NCBI GenBank assembly: GCA_020631855.1
Contig: JACKGU010000002.1
Span: forward strand, 159,447 to 223,446
Direction: 5' to 3'
Source: Candidatus Nomurabacteria bacterium
GTDB taxonomy: Bacteria; Patescibacteriota; WWE3; UBA101185; UBA10185
Length of the DNA stretch: 64,000 bases
Both the position numbers and the translations under genes were made by a program. Numbering within the stretch: the first letter of the stretch is position 1; every line of letters begins with the position of its first letter. The notes under the pieces were generated by a model. That model was not told the DNA's origin, did no database searches, and was given only the letters and a program-made list of their open reading frames with translations. Positions 59,250 to 64,000 of the stretch are shown here, piece after piece.

Positions 59250-60011
59250 ATGAGCGAATACTATAACCCACAGAGATCAAAAAAATATTGTTACGACAAA
59301 AACAGCACTGAACCATTCAAGCTAAGCAGATCTAAGATAGATAACTTTATTAGTTGCCCACGATGTTTTTATATTGATCGAGTTTTAGGAACTTCCCAAC
59401 CCCCAGGATTTCCTTTTGCGCTGAACAGTGCAGTTGACGCGTTACTTAAAAAAGAATTTGATTATCATCGTACATCTGATAAAGAACACCCACTTATTAC
59501 AAAATATGGTGTAGATGCGAAACCAGTAGCACATGAAAGTCTTGATGACTGGCGAAATAACTTTGTTGGGGTTCAGTATCTTCATGAACCAACAAATCTA
59601 CTTGTTTTTGGCGCGATTGATGATTTATGGATCAGCTCAAAAGGAGAATACATTGTTGTAGATTACAAATCCACCAGTAAGAGCGAAGAAATAACTGAAC
59701 TTAACAAAGACTGGCAAGATGGCTACAAGCGCCAAATGGAAGTATACCAGTGGCTTTTAAGAAACAACGGGTACAAGGTATCTGATACAGGTTACTTTGT
59801 TTACTGCAATGGAAACACCGATCTAGAAGCTTTTGACGCCAAACTAGAGTTTGATGTAACTCTTATTTCTTATACTGGTGACGACTCTTGGGTGGAACAG
59901 ACAATCTTTGATATTAAGAAGTGTTTGGATTCAGATAAGATACCTGAAAGCGCACCTGATTGTGATTACTGTGCGTATTACAACACTAGAGATAAACACG
60001 AGAAGATATAA
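59250..60011 (+). CDS. Cas4/RecB-family PD-(D/E)XK nuclease with four Cys (putative Fe-S cluster)
   Basis: GAIDDLW ... GEYIVVDYKS (D...E.K), QMEVYQWL (QxxxY), N-terminal CPRC and C-terminal CDYC. Begins 4 bp after the hsdR stop. Confidence 0.6.
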   Translation: MSEYYNPQRSKKYCYDKNSTEPFKLSRSKIDNFISCPRCFYIDRVLGTSQPPGFPFALNSAVDALLKKEFDYHRTSDKEHPLITKYGVDAKPVAHESLDDWRNNFVGVQYLHEPTNLLVFGAIDDLWISSKGEYIVVDYKSTSKSEEITELNKDWQDGYKRQMEVYQWLLRNNGYKVSDTGYFVYCNGNTDLEAFDAKLEFDVTLISYTGDDSWVEQTIFDIKKCLDSDKIPESAPDCDYCAYYNTRDKHEKI

Positions 60012-60136
60012 AACACAGTTTTCAAAAAACCTGACCTGTTAAAACTGTCTACGGTACATCAAATCCAAAGCAAAAAATAGATTTTTAGACCTGCGGTGGT
60101 TTTCAAGATTGTTGTGCTTTAAAGCATAGACCTACC

Positions 60137-60330
60137 ATGTTATGCAACATTTCTCATTTTTATATATTTGTTACAACACACTTTTATACTTATAAATGTT
60201 ACACAACATTTTTGTTGTAACTGTTGTAACAACGAATACTAAAGTTACAGCAGATTGAAAATGTGTAGACAAATATGTGTAAGTTTATAAGCATTTGTGT
60301 TGTAACATTGTGATACAAGCCAAACTGTTA
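60137..60330. promoter_or_regulatory. Array of GTTGTAAC/GTTACAAC palindromic half-sites and -10-like TGAGGTATAATC upstream of mrr
   Basis: ATGTTATGCAACAT, TGTTACAACAC, ATGTTACACAACATT, TTGTTGTAACTGTTGTAACAACG, TGTGTTGTAACATTGTG. TGAGGTATAATC also occurs upstream of hsdM at 52021. Confidence 0.45.
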
Positions 60331-60399
60331 ACACATTTATTATTACAATAACTAAGCTATAGATGTTGAGGTATAATCTATTCATAAGGATTAAAAAAT

Positions 60400-61299
60400 A
60401 TGTCTATACCAACATTTGATGAAACATTCTTACCAATATTGAACATTCTCTCAAAAGGAGAAACTTTAAAGACATCTGATCTTCCCAGTCTTTTATTGGA
60501 AGATGGGCATTTCTCGTTATCCGAAGAAGAACAGAAGAAAAAGATATCTAGTGGTTCAAATATGTTTTCCAATAGAGTCTACTGGGGAGTTACATATCTC
60601 AGACAAGCCAAACTTGTAGAGCGCCCCTCTAGGGGATTTGTAAAAATAACTCAAAAAGGTTCTGACTATCTAGCAACCAATCCAAGTGAGTTAACACTTA
60701 GCTGGATTAAACAAGATTCGGATTATCAGGCATATGAACCAGTGCGATCAAAGCAAAAAGATGAAGAAGAAAGTTTTGATATTGGAGGCATGTCTCCTCA
60801 AGACCTGATAGATCAAGGTGTGAGGAAACTCAACGAGCAATTAAAGAATGACTTAATAGAAAAACTTCACGAAAGCAATCCTTACTACTTTGAAAAGATT
60901 GTTCTTATACTCTTTAAAAAGATGGGTTATGGTGATTTCCAAGAAACTCCAAAGTCTGGTGATGGCGGAATAGATGGAATAATAAATAACGATCTACTAG
61001 GTCTTGAAAAAATCTATATACAAGCAAAAAGATATGCGGAAACAAATAAGGTTAGAGAACCAGAAATACGAAATTTCATTGGCGCAATGAGTGGCGATGT
61101 GAGCAGGGGTATATTTGTTACAACATCTGAATTTGATGACTCCGCAAAACAAAAGGCAAGAGACGCTCACAACCACAAAATAATACTTATAGATGGTGAT
61201 AGATTAACTGATTTGATGATCGAATATAATGTAGGCGTTCAAGTACAAGCCTCTTTTGACGTTAAAGATGTTGATGAAGACTTCTTTGAATTAGGTTAA
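60400..61299 (+). CDS. mrr: Mrr-family type IV (modification-dependent) restriction endonuclease
   Basis: Mrr_N winged helix, then catalytic domain FEKIVLILFKKMGYG ... GDGGIDGI ... IYIQAKRY. Confidence 0.7.
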   Translation: MSIPTFDETFLPILNILSKGETLKTSDLPSLLLEDGHFSLSEEEQKKKISSGSNMFSNRVYWGVTYLRQAKLVERPSRGFVKITQKGSDYLATNPSELTLSWIKQDSDYQAYEPVRSKQKDEEESFDIGGMSPQDLIDQGVRKLNEQLKNDLIEKLHESNPYYFEKIVLILFKKMGYGDFQETPKSGDGGIDGIINNDLLGLEKIYIQAKRYAETNKVREPEIRNFIGAMSGDVSRGIFVTTSEFDDSAKQKARDAHNHKIILIDGDRLTDLMIEYNVGVQVQASFDVKDVDEDFFELG

Positions 61300-61376
61300 T
61301 ACAACTCTCGCATTGCGAGAGTCCTGTATGGTTGCACACTTCCTAAAATCCTTTACCATGGAGCTGTAGCTATCCT

Positions 61377-62909
61377 ATGAAAAACACAGCTATCGCTTAC
61401 ATTCGCGTAAGCTCAGAAGAACAAGTAAAAAACTACTCACTAGCTAATCAAAAAGAATATTGTGAAAAATATGCGCGGGAAAATGATTTAGATTTAGTAA
61501 AGATATTCAAAGAAGAGGGTAAATCCGCAATGAATATTGATCGTCCCGCTCTAATTTCCCTACTAGAGTACTGTAGAAAAAACACTGGCAAAGTAGATTA
61601 CTTAGTTCTTTATAAAATAGACAGACTATCACGCTCAACAATCGATTATCTAGAAATAAAAAGACGTTTAGCTAAATACGGTGTACAAGTTAAATCTGTT
61701 ACAGAGTTCACAGACGATACTCCTATGGGTGAGTTCATGGAAACTCTTATTGCCGCACAAGCCAAACTAGACAATGCTATAAGAGCCGAGCGGGTAAGTG
61801 ATGGTATTAGAAAAAGAGTTGAATCAGGACTACCTGTTAGCGTTCCACCAATAGGTTATAAGCTATCTAAAGGTAATAACGGCAAAAGCATTACAATACC
61901 AGACGAACCCACTTTCTCCCTTTTACAAAGAGCTGGTTATCAGTACCTTACTGGAAACTATACTTTCACCGAATTGGCGGAGTTACTCAATAAGTGGGGG
62001 TTTACTACAAAGAAAGGTAATCCCGCGACATCTAACTTTGTAGGTAAGTTTCTAAGAATGTCTTTTTACAAGGGAATTATCTACTCAAAGAAATGGAAGA
62101 AAGAATACAGAGGTATGCATATACCAATGTTTACTGATAACGAATGGGACGATATCCAAGATATTGTAGACGGAAACCCTTTAACAATTAAGAAAAAGCA
62201 AAGAGCAGAAGAGTTTCCCCTAAGAGGATTCGTTACGTGTAGCGTAACAGGAGATCCACTAACAGGTTCTTGGTGTAAAGGTAATACAAAACACTACGCA
62301 TACTACTATTCACCATCAAAGTATAAATCTATTCCAAAAGATACTCTAGAAAGTGAATTTACGGCTTTGTTGGACCTTATAGAGCCAGCGCCAGGTGTTA
62401 TAGAGTCTTTCTCACGTGTTTTATTTGATAAATATAATGAAAAGTACTCAAAGCTACTACAAAACGAACAACTATTATCAGATCAGATAAAAGATATAAA
62501 CGGTGTGGGAAATGAGGTGGAAGATGACTTGGCGGTGAAAAACCTAATAAAAAATGAAAACAAAATAAATATGATAACTATAGAGACCGCTAGGAACTTT
62601 TCAGAACATTTCTTAGAACACATATCCCAGTATTGGAGAACTGCCCACCTAAGAGACAAAGTTAAAATACAAGAAGTATTATTCCCTCAGGGACTTACTT
62701 ACACGTATCCTGAATTTTTAGAACCTAGGATAAGCTGTCTTTATAAGATAAATACGGAAAAGTCGACTCTCAATCATTTATTGGTGAGGGCGGTGAGGAT
62801 CGAACTCACGACACCCTGGTTAAAAGCCAGGTGCTCTACCACTGAGCTACGCCCCCTCGATAAGCTTATAAATTGTTACAAAAATATGGAAGAAGTGCAA
62901 TATTTTTAA
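61377..62909 (+). CDS. Large serine recombinase (integrase); true 3' end probably before or at the tRNA-Lys gene
   Basis: Resolvase catalytic domain AIAYIRVSSEEQ ... YKIDRLSRS, a recombinase domain, and a Cys-containing segment CSVTGDPLTGSWCKG. The ORF stays open across antisense tRNA-Lys (62782-62856). Confidence 0.7.
   Translation: MKNTAIAYIRVSSEEQVKNYSLANQKEYCEKYARENDLDLVKIFKEEGKSAMNIDRPALISLLEYCRKNTGKVDYLVLYKIDRLSRSTIDYLEIKRRLAKYGVQVKSVTEFTDDTPMGEFMETLIAAQAKLDNAIRAERVSDGIRKRVESGLPVSVPPIGYKLSKGNNGKSITIPDEPTFSLLQRAGYQYLTGNYTFTELAELLNKWGFTTKKGNPATSNFVGKFLRMSFYKGIIYSKKWKKEYRGMHIPMFTDNEWDDIQDIVDGNPLTIKKKQRAEEFPLRGFVTCSVTGDPLTGSWCKGNTKHYAYYYSPSKYKSIPKDTLESEFTALLDLIEPAPGVIESFSRVLFDKYNEKYSKLLQNEQLLSDQIKDINGVGNEVEDDLAVKNLIKNENKINMITIETARNFSEHFLEHISQYWRTAHLRDKVKIQEVLFPQGLTYTYPEFLEPRISCLYKINTEKSTLNHLLVRAVRIELTTPWLKARCSTTELRPLDKLINCYKNMEEVQYF
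62782..62856 (-). tRNA. tRNA-Lys (TTT), CCA encoded
   Basis: Reverse complement GGGGGCGTAGCTCAGTGGTAGAGCACCTGGCTTTTAACCAGGGTGTCGTGAGTTCGATCCTCACCGCCCTCACCA. Confidence 0.8.
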
Positions 62910-62923
62910 AAAATAGCTCGTAT

Positions 62924-63304
62924 TTATTCAGTGTCTATCTTTTTGGGTTGTCGTTCCTTAACCCTTACAGCCGCTTTACCTTTTTTATCTCGTAAATAAT
63001 AAAGCTTGGCACGTCGTACTTTGCCCATTCTTGTAACTTCGAGTTTTTCAATGTTTGGAGAATATAAAGGGAAAATTCTTTCTACACCAATGTTATCAGC
63101 ACCGATTTTTCTTACCATAAAGGTCTTTGACATGCCCTCGCCTTTTTTGGCAATCACAATGCCTTCATATGGCTGGGTTCTGGTTTTATTACCCTCTGTA
63201 ATTTTATAATGTACCTTTACAGTATCCCCTACTCTAAAGTTTGGGATGTCGGCAGGAGTTGCTATAACAGCGCTATTAGACTGAGTTATTTGTTCTTGTG
63301 ACAT
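62924..63304 (-). CDS. rplS: 50S ribosomal protein L19
   Basis: [35 protein letters not shown]...TFMVRKI...[11 protein letters not shown] matches the L19 consensus. Confidence 0.8.
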   Translation of the reverse strand: MSQEQITQSNSAVIATPADIPNFRVGDTVKVHYKITEGNKTRTQPYEGIVIAKKGEGMSKTFMVRKIGADNIGVERIFPLYSPNIEKLEVTRMGKVRRAKLYYLRDKKGKAAVRVKERQPKKIDTE

Positions 63305-63419
63305 ATACCGAGTGAGTTTAACAAATTATTAACCTAAATTCAATACTTACTTTAACAATTTATACAATAGAACAAGCTTAGGGGACTTTATTCAATGCGA
63401 GAAGCGAGCCCGAGTTACC

Positions 63420-64000
63420 TTAAACCAGAGCGGGAGACTTAACTGATACTCTTATTCCTTCGGAAACAGCGTCGAGAGATACCGTGTCCCCTTCATTTAT
63501 CTCGCCTAAAATTATTTTATCTGCTACCTTATTCTCTATTTCTTTCTGTATCAACCTTCTCAGCGGCCTTGCACCATATTCATCGCTATATCCATTTTCT
63601 ACCAAATAATCAACGAGTTTCTTAGACCACTTAAGGGTGATGTTTTGATCTTTTAGAGCCATTACGGTTTTCTCAAGAAGTCTTATACATATTTCCTTGA
63701 TGTCGTCTTTATTTAAGGATGTAAATATTATTATTTCGTCTATTCTGTTCAAAAACTCAGGCTTAAAGCTGTCTTTCAGGACCTTGTCTACGTTTTGTTC
63801 AAATTCGGATTTTCCTGTTATATTTTGTTTTGCTTCCTTAGATCCGAATCCTATCGAGCCCCGACGCAAATACTCAGAACCTACATTGGAGGTCATTATC
63901 ACGATTGTATTTTTGAAGTCTACTGTTCTTCCTTTACTATCAGTCAGCCTTCCGTCCTCCATTATCTGAAGCAGGGTGTTAAAAATGTCGGGATGGGCCT
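63420..64000 (-). CDS. Clp/Hsp100-family AAA+ ATPase, C-terminal D2 part (gene continues past the window end)
   Basis: Sensor-2 and ClpB_D2-small region: NTIVIMTSNVGS ... EFLNRIDEIIIFTSL ... GARPLRRLIQKEIE. Confidence 0.65.
   Translation of the reverse strand, partial: AHPDIFNTLLQIMEDGRLTDSKGRTVDFKNTIVIMTSNVGSEYLRRGSIGFGSKEAKQNITGKSEFEQNVDKVLKDSFKPEFLNRIDEIIIFTSLNKDDIKEICIRLLEKTVMALKDQNITLKWSKKLVDYLVENGYSDEYGARPLRRLIQKEIENKVADKIILGEINEGDTVSLDAVSEGIRVSVKSPALV

Overview
This is a low-GC (roughly 35-40% by eye), gene-dense bacterial window. I infer a streamlined, possibly CPR/Patescibacteria-like genome from the short GAD-less AspRS, CCA encoded in every tRNA, and many small hypothetical proteins. 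Core content includes aspS, leuS, rpmG, rplS, rsmI, a 3'-partial Clp ATPase, and 11 tRNA genes: Phe, Gly x2, Leu x2, Lys x2, Arg, His, Glu, plus one disrupted tRNA-Lys-like copy. There is also an NDH-2 / polyprenyl synthase / phytoene(squalene)-synthase / desaturase cluster with a frameshifted neighbour. Further content includes a MacAB-like efflux set, two GT-C glycosyltransferases, a CpxP/Spy-like protein with a histidine kinase and OmpR-type regulator, and assorted hydrolases. Two accessory regions stand out. Region 1 (1-3845) is a tRNA-Phe-anchored array of four genes interleaved with five copies of a ~110-bp element whose ends mimic the tRNA-Phe 3' end in inverted orientation. Region 2 (about 50826-62856) is a ~12-kb integrated defense island between a disrupted tRNA-Lys-like copy and an intact tRNA-Lys(TTT). 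It carries a translationally coupled hsdM-hsdS-[UvrD-like SF1 helicase]-hsdR-[Cas4-like Fe-S PD-(D/E)XK nuclease] operon, an Mrr-type restriction enzyme, an RHH-like gene with iteron-like repeats, and a large serine recombinase. All protein calls come from motif recognition by eye. No database search was possible.
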